A DNA stretch of 64,000 bases from Leptonemataceae bacterium (lineage in GTDB: Bacteria > Spirochaetota > Leptospiria > Leptospirales > Leptonemataceae). Position numbers and translations under genes: made by a program. How positions within the stretch are numbered: the first letter of the stretch is position 1; each line of letters starts with the position of its first letter. This document shows, piece by piece, positions 1-9,805 of the stretch. The notes beneath the pieces are model-generated. The model did no database searches. It saw only the letters and a program-made list of their open reading frames with translations, and was not told the origin of the DNA. The stretch lies in assembly GCA_965227295.1 (NCBI GenBank), contig OZ245742.1, forward strand, positions 5,184,001 through 5,248,000, given 5' to 3'.

Positions 1-1
1 C

Positions 2-982
2 ATGGGCACCATCACCATGACCTCCGACGGCCAGCAGGTCAAAGAGTTCCACGGCATCGCCGGTGACCGCGAGGAAATTCGCAGCCGCACCATGCACGAG
101 CCGGTCCGCGATTTTGTGAAGTGGAAAGAAAGCATGCTCTTCAACGAGCGCTGCGATAAATCCCGCACCCAGGATTTTGAACGTGTCCTGGGCCGCATCA
201 CGAAAAACTTCGACTACATCGACAAACTGCGCATGATGATCCGCGGCAAGAAAGTCGATCAGGTGCGCTACGACCTCGACCAAGAACTACAGCTCTCGTT
301 GGGCATCAAAGAAGGCGAGATAGAGGTCTTCGCCCAGGAGACAAATCCGGAAGTTTTCGAGGGCGAGGACCAAGCCGAAGAAACCGGGGCCGGCGGCGAA
401 GCGGCTCCGGAGCGGGATTTTTCCGGGCAGATCGCCCTTTCGTTCATTGTGGCTCCGACCAACGGCGTGCCGCTCACGCAACTGAAAGACGGCGACCAGG
501 TCGTCGCTCGCTTTGTGGATCCGGACGAGGAGCAGACCTCGAACTACATGATTTCCCGCGGCCTCAAGAAAACCCCCGCCGCGGACATTGACGGGGACAC
601 CCCGGACGTCATGCCGGTGCCCGGCGAAGTCCTCCTGCCGGACGAAGACCCGAAGAAACCCGAGACCAACGCCACAATCCGCAGCATCGAGCCGTACGAG
701 GGCAACAAGACCCTGCTGATGGTCGACCTGCCCGAGGACGCGAGCGGCTACATCCTCGAAGAAGAGAAGAGCGTGAAGGTCAAGGTCCCGGAGGGCGCGG
801 CGCCGCCGAAACCCGCGGCGGAAGACACCCCGGAAAAGCCGAAGAGTGCCGGGAAAGAAACGCCCGCCGGGAAACCGGCCGCGGCAAGGGCCGACGGCGA
901 ATCCATGGATCTGCGCACGATGCTGATGGTCGGCGCGGCGATTGCGGCGTTTCTCTTCCTGATGTTTCTGATCCTGGCCTGA
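2..982 (+). CDS. Hypothetical protein with Pro/Lys/Ala-rich linker and C-terminal transmembrane anchor (may be 5'-truncated by the window edge)
   Basis: 326-aa ORF with genome-typical codon usage; ends in hydrophobic MLMVGAAIAAFLFLMFLILA. Confidence 0.75.
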   Translation: MGTITMTSDGQQVKEFHGIAGDREEIRSRTMHEPVRDFVKWKESMLFNERCDKSRTQDFERVLGRITKNFDYIDKLRMMIRGKKVDQVRYDLDQELQLSLGIKEGEIEVFAQETNPEVFEGEDQAEETGAGGEAAPERDFSGQIALSFIVAPTNGVPLTQLKDGDQVVARFVDPDEEQTSNYMISRGLKKTPAADIDGDTPDVMPVPGEVLLPDEDPKKPETNATIRSIEPYEGNKTLLMVDLPEDASGYILEEEKSVKVKVPEGAAPPKPAAEDTPEKPKSAGKETPAGKPAAARADGESMDLRTMLMVGAAIAAFLFLMFLILA

Positions 983-1219
983 TCCTTCCCGCGTCCTGGT
1001 AGGAACTCCTGCCCCATTTGCGCCCCAGAATCCTATAAATCCTATCGGAATAATAGGAAATGAATCGACGCCGCTCGGTTGCTCCGGAATTGTGGTTCGA
1101 GAAACCGCTTGCGGGCACGGTGAATCATAAGAAAGCGTCTTTAATTCCCGGTATTGTGTCCGCGCAGGAACCTGCGACTGTTCCTCCCGCCGGGTGTATT
1201 CAAGACCACCAGGTACTCT

Positions 1220-3097
1220 ATGAGCACGACGATCCAGGAGGCCGAATTCGGCCGCGACATTCAACAGGAGACCATCGATTCGGCCATCATCCGATTCTGT
1301 GGTGACTCCGGCGACGGCATGCAGCTGACCGGCACCCAGTTTACGAAAACGACGGGCGTCGCCGGCAACGACCTCATGACCTTTCCGGACTTTCCGGCGG
1401 AGATCCGCGCCCCCCAGGGCACCCTGGGCGGGGTCTCGGGCTTCCAGATCCACTTCTCGTCTCACGACATCCACACCCCGGGCGACCGCGTGGACGTGCT
1501 CGTCGCCATGAATCCGGCGGCGCTCAAGACGAACATCAAAGACCTCAAGGACGGCGGCATCCTCATCGCCAACACCGACTCCTTCGACGCGCGCAACCTG
1601 GCGAAAGTCCAGTACGAGTCCGATCCCCTCGAAGACCCGGAGCTGTCCCAGCGCTATCGCGTGATCAAGGCGCCCATCACTCAACTGGTGCGCACCGCCA
1701 TCGAAGAGATGGACCTGGGTCTGCCGCAGCATACCGTCGATCGTTCCAAGAACTTCTTCGCCCTCGGCATCACCTACTGGCTCTTCAACCGCGATCTTTC
1801 CACGACGTTCCACTGGATCGAACAGAAGTTCAAAGGCAAAGAAGCCATCATCAAGGCCAACGAGAAGGCCGTAAAGGCCGGCTACTACTTCGCCGAAACC
1901 AGCGAACTCTTCGCCACGCGCTATGAGATCGGCGAAGCGAAGTTCGAACCCGGCCTGTATCGCAACATCAACGGTGCCACGGCCCTGTCCCTGGGATTCG
2001 TCGCCGCATCGCAACTGGCAAAGCTGCCGCTATTCTTCGGAAGTTATCCCATCACTCCGGCGTCGGACATTCTGCACGAGCTTTCGCGGCACAAAAACTT
2101 CGGCGTGAAGACCTTCCAGGCGGAAGACGAGATTGCCGCCGTGTGTTCCGCCATCGGCGCGTCCTACGGCGGAGCCATCGGCATCACGTCGTCGTCGGGT
2201 CCGGGCATCAACCTGAAGCACGAGGCGATCGGTCTTGCGATTATTACGGAACTTCCGTTGATCGTCATCAACGCCCAGCGCGGCGGCCCGTCCACGGGTC
2301 TGCCGACGAAAACGGAACAGGGCGATCTGTTACAGGTACTCTTCGGCCGTAACAGTGAGTCCCCGGTGGTCGTGGTCGCGCCGTCCACGCCGGGGGATTC
2401 CTTCGAGTGCGCCGTAGAAGCGACGCGCCTGGCGCTGAAGTTCATGACGCCGGTCTTTTACTTAACCGACCTCTACTTGATTATGGGCTCGGAACCCTGG
2501 CGCATTCCCGAGGTCAAAGACCTGCCGGACATCGAACACACGCAAATCGCGAACGGCGAACAGATCGAAGACTTCAAGGTCTATCGCCGCGATGCGGAAA
2601 GCATGGCCCGCCGCTGGCCCATCCCGGGCACGCCGGGCTTCGAACACCGCATCGGCGGCCTGGAGAAAGATCAACTCTCCGGCAACGTAAGCTACGATCC
2701 GGACAACCACTGGGCCATGGTGCAAACCCGCGCGAAGAAGATCGCGAACATCGCGAACTTCATTCCCGAACTGGAAGTGGACGGCGACCAGTCCGGCAAG
2801 GTGCTGATTCTCGGCTGGGGTTCGACCTACGGCTCCATCCGCGCCGCCGTGGATCAACTGCGCAAGGACGGCGTAAGTGTATCTCACGCGCACTTAAGGT
2901 ATTTGAACCCGTTCCCGAAGAACCTGGAAAAGATCCTGAACAACTTCGAGACCGTGCTGGTGCCGGAACTGAACCTCGGCCAGCTCGCGTTCTTGCTCCA
3001 GGGCAAGTTCTTGAGAAAGATCGAAAGCATGACCAAGATGACCGGGAAACCCTTCCTGGTATCGGAGCTGAAAGAGAAAGTCCGCGAACTGATCTGA
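1220..3097 (+). CDS. korA: 2-oxoacid:ferredoxin oxidoreductase alpha subunit (fused gamma-alpha)
   Basis: Motifs GDSGDGMQLTG, FPAEIRAP, YPITPAS, QAEDEIAA, QRGGPSTGLPTK; ATG at 1220 preferred over the upstream GTG. Confidence 0.95.
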   Translation: MSTTIQEAEFGRDIQQETIDSAIIRFCGDSGDGMQLTGTQFTKTTGVAGNDLMTFPDFPAEIRAPQGTLGGVSGFQIHFSSHDIHTPGDRVDVLVAMNPAALKTNIKDLKDGGILIANTDSFDARNLAKVQYESDPLEDPELSQRYRVIKAPITQLVRTAIEEMDLGLPQHTVDRSKNFFALGITYWLFNRDLSTTFHWIEQKFKGKEAIIKANEKAVKAGYYFAETSELFATRYEIGEAKFEPGLYRNINGATALSLGFVAASQLAKLPLFFGSYPITPASDILHELSRHKNFGVKTFQAEDEIAAVCSAIGASYGGAIGITSSSGPGINLKHEAIGLAIITELPLIVINAQRGGPSTGLPTKTEQGDLLQVLFGRNSESPVVVVAPSTPGDSFECAVEATRLALKFMTPVFYLTDLYLIMGSEPWRIPEVKDLPDIEHTQIANGEQIEDFKVYRRDAESMARRWPIPGTPGFEHRIGGLEKDQLSGNVSYDPDNHWAMVQTRAKKIANIANFIPELEVDGDQSGKVLILGWGSTYGSIRAAVDQLRKDGVSVSHAHLRYLNPFPKNLEKILNNFETVLVPELNLGQLAFLLQGKFLRKIESMTKMTGKPFLVSELKEKVRELI

Positions 3098-3107
3098 AGA
3101 AGGATTA

Positions 3108-3217
3108 ACTCCGAGGACCGAGGGAACGAGAAAGATTCGGGAGAGTATTTGTAACCTGCTCGCAGGCAGGCAATGAAAGCCCTCACTTTTTTCTCTCGGC
3201 TTCTCGGTCCTCGGAGT
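3108..3217. repeat. REP/MITE-like paired inverted repeat, copy 1 (ACTCCGAGGACCGAG...CTCGGTCCTCGGAGT)
   Basis: 15-bp perfect inverted arms between korA and korB; the same arms recur at 41.55, 47.8 and 49.9 kb. Confidence 0.85.
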
Positions 3218-3242
3218 GAACAAAACAAAAACGGAAAACGTT

Positions 3243-4241
3243 ATGAGCTACCCGCTGAAAAAGAAAGACTTTGAATCGAACCAGGAAGTACGCTGGTGCC
3301 CCGGCTGCGGCGACTATGCCATCCTGGCCGCCATTCAGAAGACCATGCCGGAGATCGGCGTACCGAAAGAGAAGATCGTGTTCATCTCGGGCATCGGTTG
3401 CTCGTCGCGCTTTCCGTACTACATGAACACCTACGGCTTTCACACCATACACGGCCGCGCGCCGGCCCTCGCCACGGGCCTCGCGATTTCGCGTCCGGAT
3501 CTTTCGATCTGGGTGATCACCGGCGACGGCGACGGCCTCTCCATCGGCGGCAATCACCTCATTCACGCGTTGCGCCGGAACGTGAACCTCAAGGTTCTTC
3601 TGTTTAACAATCAAACGTACGGTCTTACGAAAGGGCAATACTCCCCTACGTCTCACGTGGGTACGAAGTCCAAGTCCACGCCCTACGGCAGCGTCGATGC
3701 GCCCTTTTCACCGGTGCAGGTGGCCCTGGGCGCCGGCGCTTCGTTCGTGGCGCGCACCTACGATAAAGATCCGAAACACATGATCGATACCTTCAAGCGC
3801 GCCCACGCTCATCGTGGTTCGGCGTTCATCGAGATCTTTCAGAACTGCGTCATCTTCAACAACGACGTCTTCGAACCGACCATCGGCAAAGAAGTGAAGA
3901 ACGATCGCGTGCTTTTCTTGAAGCACGGCGAGCCGCTGCATTTCGGCGGCAAGGCTTCGAACGAAAAAGGAATCGCCTTCGACGGCTTCTCTCCCGTCGT
4001 CACGGACGATCCCTCAAAGGCCATACAGCACGATGAGACTGCCGCGAACCCCGGTTACGCTTTCGCACTGTCACAAATGCGCAATCCGGAATTCCCCGAA
4101 CCCATGGGCGTCTTCCGCGACGTACCCCGCGATCTCTACGAGGACCAGGTTGCGGCGCAGGAACAGGCCATCGTCGAAAAACTCGGCAAAGGTGATCTGG
4201 ACAAACTCTTGAAGTCGGGCGACACCTGGGAAATTCATTGA
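3243..4241 (+). CDS. korB: 2-oxoacid:ferredoxin oxidoreductase beta subunit
   Basis: WCPGCGD, SGIGCSSR, HGRA, TPP motif GDGD..IGGNH..NN, YGLTKGQ; directly follows the alpha subunit. Confidence 0.95.
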   Translation: MSYPLKKKDFESNQEVRWCPGCGDYAILAAIQKTMPEIGVPKEKIVFISGIGCSSRFPYYMNTYGFHTIHGRAPALATGLAISRPDLSIWVITGDGDGLSIGGNHLIHALRRNVNLKVLLFNNQTYGLTKGQYSPTSHVGTKSKSTPYGSVDAPFSPVQVALGAGASFVARTYDKDPKHMIDTFKRAHAHRGSAFIEIFQNCVIFNNDVFEPTIGKEVKNDRVLFLKHGEPLHFGGKASNEKGIAFDGFSPVVTDDPSKAIQHDETAANPGYAFALSQMRNPEFPEPMGVFRDVPRDLYEDQVAAQEQAIVEKLGKGDLDKLLKSGDTWEIH

Positions 4242-4329
4242 CGCACTGAAATTCCATAAGAATCCTGTCGCTCTTTCTTTTGTTACGGCAAGCCCGACCC
4301 GCGGCCCTGTCGTCAAAGGATGGTGCGAC

Positions 4330-4716
4330 ATGCAGGATTCAGATCCTCTCGGCGAACATTACATCATCGAATTGCGGAAGTGCCGCGAAGGCATCCTCGA
4401 CAACCTCGACGGCATTCGCACGGCGCTGCTGAACGCGGCCGAAGTCGCGGGCGCCACGATCGTGAACGACTGCTTTCATAAGTTCAGCCCGCAGGGTGTT
4501 TCGGGCGTCGTGGTCATCGCCGAGTCGCATCTGAGCATTCACACCTGGCCGGAGCACGGTTACGCCGCCATGGATCTCTTCACCTGCAATCTCGACATGA
4601 GCATGGACGCCTGCCTGGAGTTCCTGCGCGAAACCTTCGGCGCAACCGCGATGGATGTAAAACGCATTGAACGCGGCATGAACGTGACGGCGGACGTCCC
4701 GGCGGCGCAACGCTAA
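4330..4716 (+). CDS. speD: S-adenosylmethionine decarboxylase proenzyme
   Basis: FSPQGVSGVVVIAESHLSIHTWPE with the E-S self-cleavage site; DLFTC. Confidence 0.93.
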   Translation: MQDSDPLGEHYIIELRKCREGILDNLDGIRTALLNAAEVAGATIVNDCFHKFSPQGVSGVVVIAESHLSIHTWPEHGYAAMDLFTCNLDMSMDACLEFLRETFGATAMDVKRIERGMNVTADVPAAQR

Positions 4717-4741
4717 ACACGCGCCACCGAGCTTTTTTATC

Positions 4742-6139
4742 TTAGCTTTTTTCCCGGTATTTCTTTTCCTTAAGTATCAGCTTTCGTAACTTAACGGCAT
4801 CGCACTCTTTCGCCTTCGGCGACAGCAATCGGTTCCAGTAGTATTCCTCCGGCGTCTCGTCGTCGTCTGCGCGTTTGCCGCTTTCCGGCGGTTCGTGCAG
4901 GATGATTAACAGATTCATGGCGCGGGAGGCGCCGACGTAGAGCACGCGAATCTCCTCGTCGCTCACCGCCTGCGGGCGCTGATCAAAATGAAAACGCGAG
5001 CTCCGGGCGCGCTCCGAATTCCAGCCGGCCATTACGTCCAGAAAGACCACCGGAAACTCGAGTCCCTTCGCCTTATGCACGGTCATCACCCGCTCCTCGG
5101 GGAAGCCGGCGTTCAGGAAAATTTGCCGGCGATAGTTCGTACGCACCAGGATCCGATAACAGTCGCCGTGGAAATCGTCGTCGGCCAGGATTTCGGAACG
5201 CAGGCGAGGCTCGTCTCCGCAACGCAGGGCGAACGCTGCCACGGGCAACTGCGGACCGCGACCACGTACGGCGCGCACTCGTTTCGATAGTTGATGGCGC
5301 GACGCGGCGATGACAGCGTCGCCGGCGCGCACGACGGTGGACAGGCTGCGATAGTTCTCCGCCAGGCGATAGACCTTCACCCGCGCAAAGAGTTTCTGAA
5401 AGTCCAGGAACGGCCGCACCGTCGCGCCGCGAAACGAATAGATCGCCTGCCAGTCGTCACCGACCACCAACATTCGGGGCGGCTGCATGAGTCGCAGAAA
5501 TTCCAGCTGCCGCGGGTCGGTGTCCTGAAACTCGTCGACGATGATTAAGCCGTAGCGGCGGCGCAGCTCGCGCAGGTACGGCGCGTTCGCTTCCAGGGCG
5601 ACCAACATCTCTTCCACAAGATCGTCGTACTCCAGGCGGCCGTGCTCCTGTTTGTACGCGGCGAGCCGGGCGTAGACGACTTCGGCAATGTTCGGAAAGA
5701 GCCGCCGAAAACGTTCCGGATCTCCGAGCAACACGTCGTACGGAATACCGCCGGTCTCTTCGTCCATGTCGCACTCGCGCAACGCATCGCGCAGCACACG
5801 TTCTTTCTCGCTGTCCTCCAGGATTTGCAGGCCGTTCGCGCGGGCCGGATCCAGGCGACTCAACCAGCGAAAACAGAACGAGTGAAACGTGCTGATCTCC
5901 ACGCCGTCGCGCAGTTCCCGCGGCAAACGTTCCCGGAGTTCGCCGACGGCGCGGCGACTGAAGCTCAACAGCAGAATGCGTTCTTCCAGACCGGATCGCA
6001 GGCGATGTTCCACCAGACCGATGACCGTGCGGGTCTTTCCGCTGCCGGCCGCGGCGATGACCTGTTTCACGGGCCGCTCTTCCAGAATAATGCGCAGTTG
6101 GGCCGGTGAATATCCGGCAAGGTAGTCGGGCGTAATCAT
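4742..6139 (-). CDS. Compact UvrD/Rep-like superfamily 1 DNA helicase
   Basis: AAAGSGKT, STFHSF, IVDEFQD, VGDDWQAIYSFRG, ENYRS, MTVHKAKGLEF, EEIRVLYVGASRA; ATG at 6139. Confidence 0.9.
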   Translation of the reverse strand: MITPDYLAGYSPAQLRIILEERPVKQVIAAAGSGKTRTVIGLVEHRLRSGLEERILLLSFSRRAVGELRERLPRELRDGVEISTFHSFCFRWLSRLDPARANGLQILEDSEKERVLRDALRECDMDEETGGIPYDVLLGDPERFRRLFPNIAEVVYARLAAYKQEHGRLEYDDLVEEMLVALEANAPYLRELRRRYGLIIVDEFQDTDPRQLEFLRLMQPPRMLVVGDDWQAIYSFRGATVRPFLDFQKLFARVKVYRLAENYRSLSTVVRAGDAVIAASRHQLSKRVRAVRGRGPQLPVAAFALRCGDEPRLRSEILADDDFHGDCYRILVRTNYRRQIFLNAGFPEERVMTVHKAKGLEFPVVFLDVMAGWNSERARSSRFHFDQRPQAVSDEEIRVLYVGASRAMNLLIILHEPPESGKRADDDETPEEYYWNRLLSPKAKECDAVKLRKLILKEKKYREKS

Positions 6140-6270
6140 GCCGGAAGAGGTAGCGAGACTCGCGCTTCGTTCCGCATGATTGTGATTTTTTTTCGAGATC
6201 GGGATTTTTTGCGCAACGATGGGCACGTCGGCGACGTGTATGCGGCAACACTATCGAACAGGAGTTTCGT

Positions 6271-6660
6271 ATGCAGAATCTTGCAAACGTATTTATGGAC
6301 GGCAACCTGGTCGCCGATCCGGAGGTGAAACATCTCAAGAGCAACAGAGTCGTGACCGCCTTCCGCGTGGCGGTGAACCACGATTACAACGCGTCCCGGG
6401 ACGATCGTAAGTTCGTGAGCTACTTCCAGGTGGAATGCTGGGAAAAGCTGGCCGAAAACTGTGCGCGCTTCTTAAAGAAGGGCGATCACGTCACGCTGAC
6501 CGGCGAACTACGCCAGGATCGCTGGCAGGACGGCGAAGGCCGGACGCACAGCATCGTCAAGATCGTCGCGCGCTATGTGCGCTTCGACTCCGTGGGACGC
6601 TCGCGCGAGACGAAACCGGACGGCGCGGAATCAGTGCCCGCGGAAGAAGCAGCGGCCTGA
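6271..6660 (+). CDS. ssb: Single-stranded DNA-binding protein (short, no DDIPF tail)
   Basis: OB-fold motifs GNLVADPE, VECWEKLAE, LKKGDHV..GELRQDRW. Confidence 0.9.
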   Translation: MQNLANVFMDGNLVADPEVKHLKSNRVVTAFRVAVNHDYNASRDDRKFVSYFQVECWEKLAENCARFLKKGDHVTLTGELRQDRWQDGEGRTHSIVKIVARYVRFDSVGRSRETKPDGAESVPAEEAAA

Positions 6661-6827
6661 GTGCAACATCGGCGGGGCGGCTCCTGTGCGGGCCGTTCCG
6701 CCGTTCCGCCGCCCCGTACGCGAAAGCGTGAGTGCTACGGTTGCGCCGCTGACACGGTGCCTGTCCGAAAAAAAACTATTTGCAGGAAAGACGGCCTGAA
6801 TCATACAAACCGAGCTACACATTCTCC

Positions 6828-7775
6828 ATGCAGAAGATAGATGTCAGATCCCTGACGATGGATCAGGTAGAATTCGATCGCTTCGAGGATCTGGAAACCG
6901 AGCTCGATCTGGGACCGCTGGAAATGAAGCGACAGGTCTCCGAGGATTTCGACGATCTTGTCGCCCAGCAGAAGTATCGGTCCGGAAAACTTTATGATCT
7001 AACAAAACTACGACTAATGATGAAAGTGGGTGGTCATCTGCGCCTGACCAATACCTACAGTGGTCCCCGGGACGAGGGCTATCATAAGCGCATCGGCCTG
7101 CTGGTGCGCAAGGGTGGTTTCTCGAACGTTCAGATTCAGACCCCGAATGGCCCCGACGGTCCGGAAATCATCGAGGGCGTACGCCGGCCGCCGTTTGAGA
7201 AAAAACTGCGGTTCAATCTTCGGCTCATCGAGATGATCAAACCCGCGGAGATCGAGTTCGCACACACCTTCGCGAAAAAAGTATACTATAACCTCGACTA
7301 CAATTACGATGTTGACGTGGCCCGCCAGTTCGATCTGCACTCGGATGTGCTGGCGGTGATCGACAGCGGCGGCAACTTCCTGAGCCTCGGCCGCGGCACG
7401 CACACCGTGCCGGGTTACTATATTCCATGTATGTACGCCGTGGACGAACGCGGCGAACATCCGATCATGCCGGACGACATCCATTCCTACGCCGAGGTTA
7501 TGGCGATCCATCAGGAAGGTAAGCTGGGAGTCATCGCCTACAAGCACCTCATGGAAGGATTGTTTCAATTCGCGGACGAAGTTTACGGCATGGACTGCGC
7601 CTGGACCACGGTGGACGTGAACGATACATACATGGGTTTGTACTACAAAACCCGCTATCGCATGAAGGAGTACGGCTCCACGTTGACCTACCGGGATTTC
7701 GGCGGGAACTGGATTCTTCTGTATACGCGACAGATTCATGAGCTGGGAACGAACCCGAAGAAAATATTCGGCTGA
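6828..7775 (+). CDS. Putative GNAT-fold N-acyltransferase (LuxI/FeeM-like) with degenerate methyltransferase-like N-terminus, paralogue A1
   Basis: C-terminal pattern (E-F-A..K-V-YY; FD..SD...V.D..G; P..Y; AEV; YY..RY..G...Y) resembles acyl-ACP-dependent N-acyl synthases; clearly homologous to 10200-11126. Confidence 0.5.
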   Translation: MQKIDVRSLTMDQVEFDRFEDLETELDLGPLEMKRQVSEDFDDLVAQQKYRSGKLYDLTKLRLMMKVGGHLRLTNTYSGPRDEGYHKRIGLLVRKGGFSNVQIQTPNGPDGPEIIEGVRRPPFEKKLRFNLRLIEMIKPAEIEFAHTFAKKVYYNLDYNYDVDVARQFDLHSDVLAVIDSGGNFLSLGRGTHTVPGYYIPCMYAVDERGEHPIMPDDIHSYAEVMAIHQEGKLGVIAYKHLMEGLFQFADEVYGMDCAWTTVDVNDTYMGLYYKTRYRMKEYGSTLTYRDFGGNWILLYTRQIHELGTNPKKIFG

Positions 7776-7827
7776 GTCCGCTTGACGCTTCCTGTTTGGA
7801 AACGCAATCTGACGGCCGTTCGAATCT

Positions 7828-9213
7828 ATGGGAGAAGCGGAGACACAGGGCCTGCGCCACATTTTTCGGCTGAACCAGGCGCGGACCATCCAGCGCATCA
7901 ACCGATACGCGATACCGATCTACGTTGTGCTCACCGCCTACCTGGCGTACTACTCGGACCCGCTGAACTTCGAGGAGTACCGGGACGCCATGCTCCCCGG
8001 GCGTATCGTTTCGCTGATCCTCGCCGCGGTGGCCATGGTGGCGAGTTACATCCCCCGGGCCGATTCCCGGGGGGAGTTCTTCGGCTTCCTGTGGGTCTTC
8101 GGCACGTCACTGATGGCGGCGCATCTCTCTGCCGCCATGAACAACCACAGCTCGGCGCAGACGTTGTGGATTCTCAACAATATCATCGGCCTCGGCCTGT
8201 ATCCGACGCCGTTCCGGTATTCACTGCTTACATTCGTTGTATCGTTTGCGCACTATTTTTACGCTTTCTTTTATTTATACGAGTACACGCCGAACACGGA
8301 CTTCCAGATGACCTTGATCAACTGCGGGGCGTCCGGCGTATTGGCCCTGGTCCTGAAATACGTCGTGCGCAGTAGCGCCCAGAAGGAACTCTTCGCCCGC
8401 CTTAAACTCGAACAGGCCAACGAAAAAATCGCCACGCTGAACGAACAGCTAAAGGATGAAAACGTTCGCATGGCCGCGGAGCTGGACGTCGCCCGGCGTA
8501 TTCAGCACATCGTCCTGCCCGACGAGGACGAGTATCGGATCTTCGGCGACCTGGACATCGCCTGTACCATGGTCGCCGCCGACGAAGTGGGCGGCGACTA
8601 CTATGACGTACTCTACTTCGAACCCGACGGCATCATCGCCATTGGCGACGTCACCGGTCACGGTCTCAACTCCGGCATTATCATGATGATGGTGCACACC
8701 GCACTGCGAGCGCTCAGCGAAATTGAACGCCAGGACATCGTGACCCTGTACAGCGTGATCAACCGGGTGCTCTACGATTTCCGCATCAAGACGGATGACA
8801 CGCGCATCATGACCCTGGCGCTGCTGCGCTACCTGGGAGACGGAAAGTTTCAGATGACCGGAGAGCATGAGAGCTTCCTGCGCTTCCGGAGTAACGGGGA
8901 GTTCGAAAAGGTGCCGGTGGAGTTCGGCATGTATGCCGGCCTGGAGCGCGAAATCGATAAACATCTGAAAGTGCATGAATTTCAGGTGCAGGCCGGGGAA
9001 ACCCTCATCCTCTACACGGACGGAGTGACGGAGGCCGTGGACGGCGAGGAGAACGAGTTCGGCGAGGAAGGAATTACGAATGCGGCGAGGCCTTTTCTAC
9101 AGGAAAGCTCCCGCCGCGTACGTGACGGAATCATAATGGCGTGCCGCGACCATACCGCGGGCACGCTGTACGACGACTACTCCCTGGTCGTAATCCAGCG
9201 CAAACGGGCGTAA
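7828..9213 (+). CDS. Membrane-anchored (~6 TM) PP2C/SpoIIE-family Ser/Thr phosphatase
   Basis: Hydrophobic N-terminus, coiled coil, ELDVARRIQ, GGDYYD, IGDVTGHG, YTDGVTE, DDYSLV. Confidence 0.92.
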   Translation: MGEAETQGLRHIFRLNQARTIQRINRYAIPIYVVLTAYLAYYSDPLNFEEYRDAMLPGRIVSLILAAVAMVASYIPRADSRGEFFGFLWVFGTSLMAAHLSAAMNNHSSAQTLWILNNIIGLGLYPTPFRYSLLTFVVSFAHYFYAFFYLYEYTPNTDFQMTLINCGASGVLALVLKYVVRSSAQKELFARLKLEQANEKIATLNEQLKDENVRMAAELDVARRIQHIVLPDEDEYRIFGDLDIACTMVAADEVGGDYYDVLYFEPDGIIAIGDVTGHGLNSGIIMMMVHTALRALSEIERQDIVTLYSVINRVLYDFRIKTDDTRIMTLALLRYLGDGKFQMTGEHESFLRFRSNGEFEKVPVEFGMYAGLEREIDKHLKVHEFQVQAGETLILYTDGVTEAVDGEENEFGEEGITNAARPFLQESSRRVRDGIIMACRDHTAGTLYDDYSLVVIQRKRA

Positions 9214-9242
9214 GCGCGGACGGCACGGGGACGAGGACGATT

Positions 9243-9797
9243 ATGGACAGCCATATCAGCACAGATGATATCGAACATATCGGCGACGTGATCGACGTCG
9301 AGGACGGGACTGAGAATCTCTTCGTCCTCTCCTTTCTACCGCTGGATATCTTCGACAATTGGGATCGCTGCGGGGACATCGCGGATTTCATTGCACGTTA
9401 CTTTCACTATAACTTCAAGACACCGGCTTCGCAGAGCGTAATCTCCACGGTGATCAATGAACTCGCGGAGAACGCCGTAAAGTACTCCCGCAACAAATCC
9501 TCACCAATCCGTATCGAGGCCCGCAAGCGCCAGGACCGGCTGATCCTGCGGATACTCAATTCCATCCCGCGCAACCAGCGCGAGCATTTCACGGCCGTTT
9601 GCCGCGAACTCTTCGATATGGATCTGGAAACCCTGTACCTGGACAAGCTGACCCAGGGAAAAGATGACCGTTCCTTCTCCGGAATCGGCCTGATTCTGCT
9701 CAAAAAAGATTATGACGCATTGATTGGGTTTGATTTTCGAGCCACTCCTGAAAATACATTGATAGTGGAAATCACGCTGGAACTGTGCGTAAATTAG
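9243..9797 (+). CDS. SiaB/slr1658-like GHKL-type partner-switch kinase, copy K1
   Basis: N-box VINELAENAVKYS and G-box SFSGIGLILL; lies between the PP2C and STAS genes. Confidence 0.7.
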   Translation: MDSHISTDDIEHIGDVIDVEDGTENLFVLSFLPLDIFDNWDRCGDIADFIARYFHYNFKTPASQSVISTVINELAENAVKYSRNKSSPIRIEARKRQDRLILRILNSIPRNQREHFTAVCRELFDMDLETLYLDKLTQGKDDRSFSGIGLILLKKDYDALIGFDFRATPENTLIVEITLELCVN

Positions 9798-9805
9798 GGA
9801 TCTGC

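Noticed and set aside
287..2014. 575-aa minus-strand ORF and similar long antisense ORFs (e.g. 7014-7901, 33724-34641, 34740-35513)
   Set aside because: They shadow well-supported genes on the opposite strand, are expected from high-GC codon bias, and show no motifs
3216..3242. GTG start for korB at 3216
   Set aside because: It lies inside the arm of the inverted repeat; ATG at 3243 is more plausible
4330..4716. Functional link between speD and the acyltransferase cassette
   Set aside because: speD follows korAB and is separated from the cassette by the helicase/ssb pair; proximity alone is not evidence
6700..6760. c-di-GMP-I riboswitch or hammerhead ribozyme
   Set aside because: A GAAA-capped hairpin is present but the GCAAA/GACGCAAAG and CUGANGA core motifs are not
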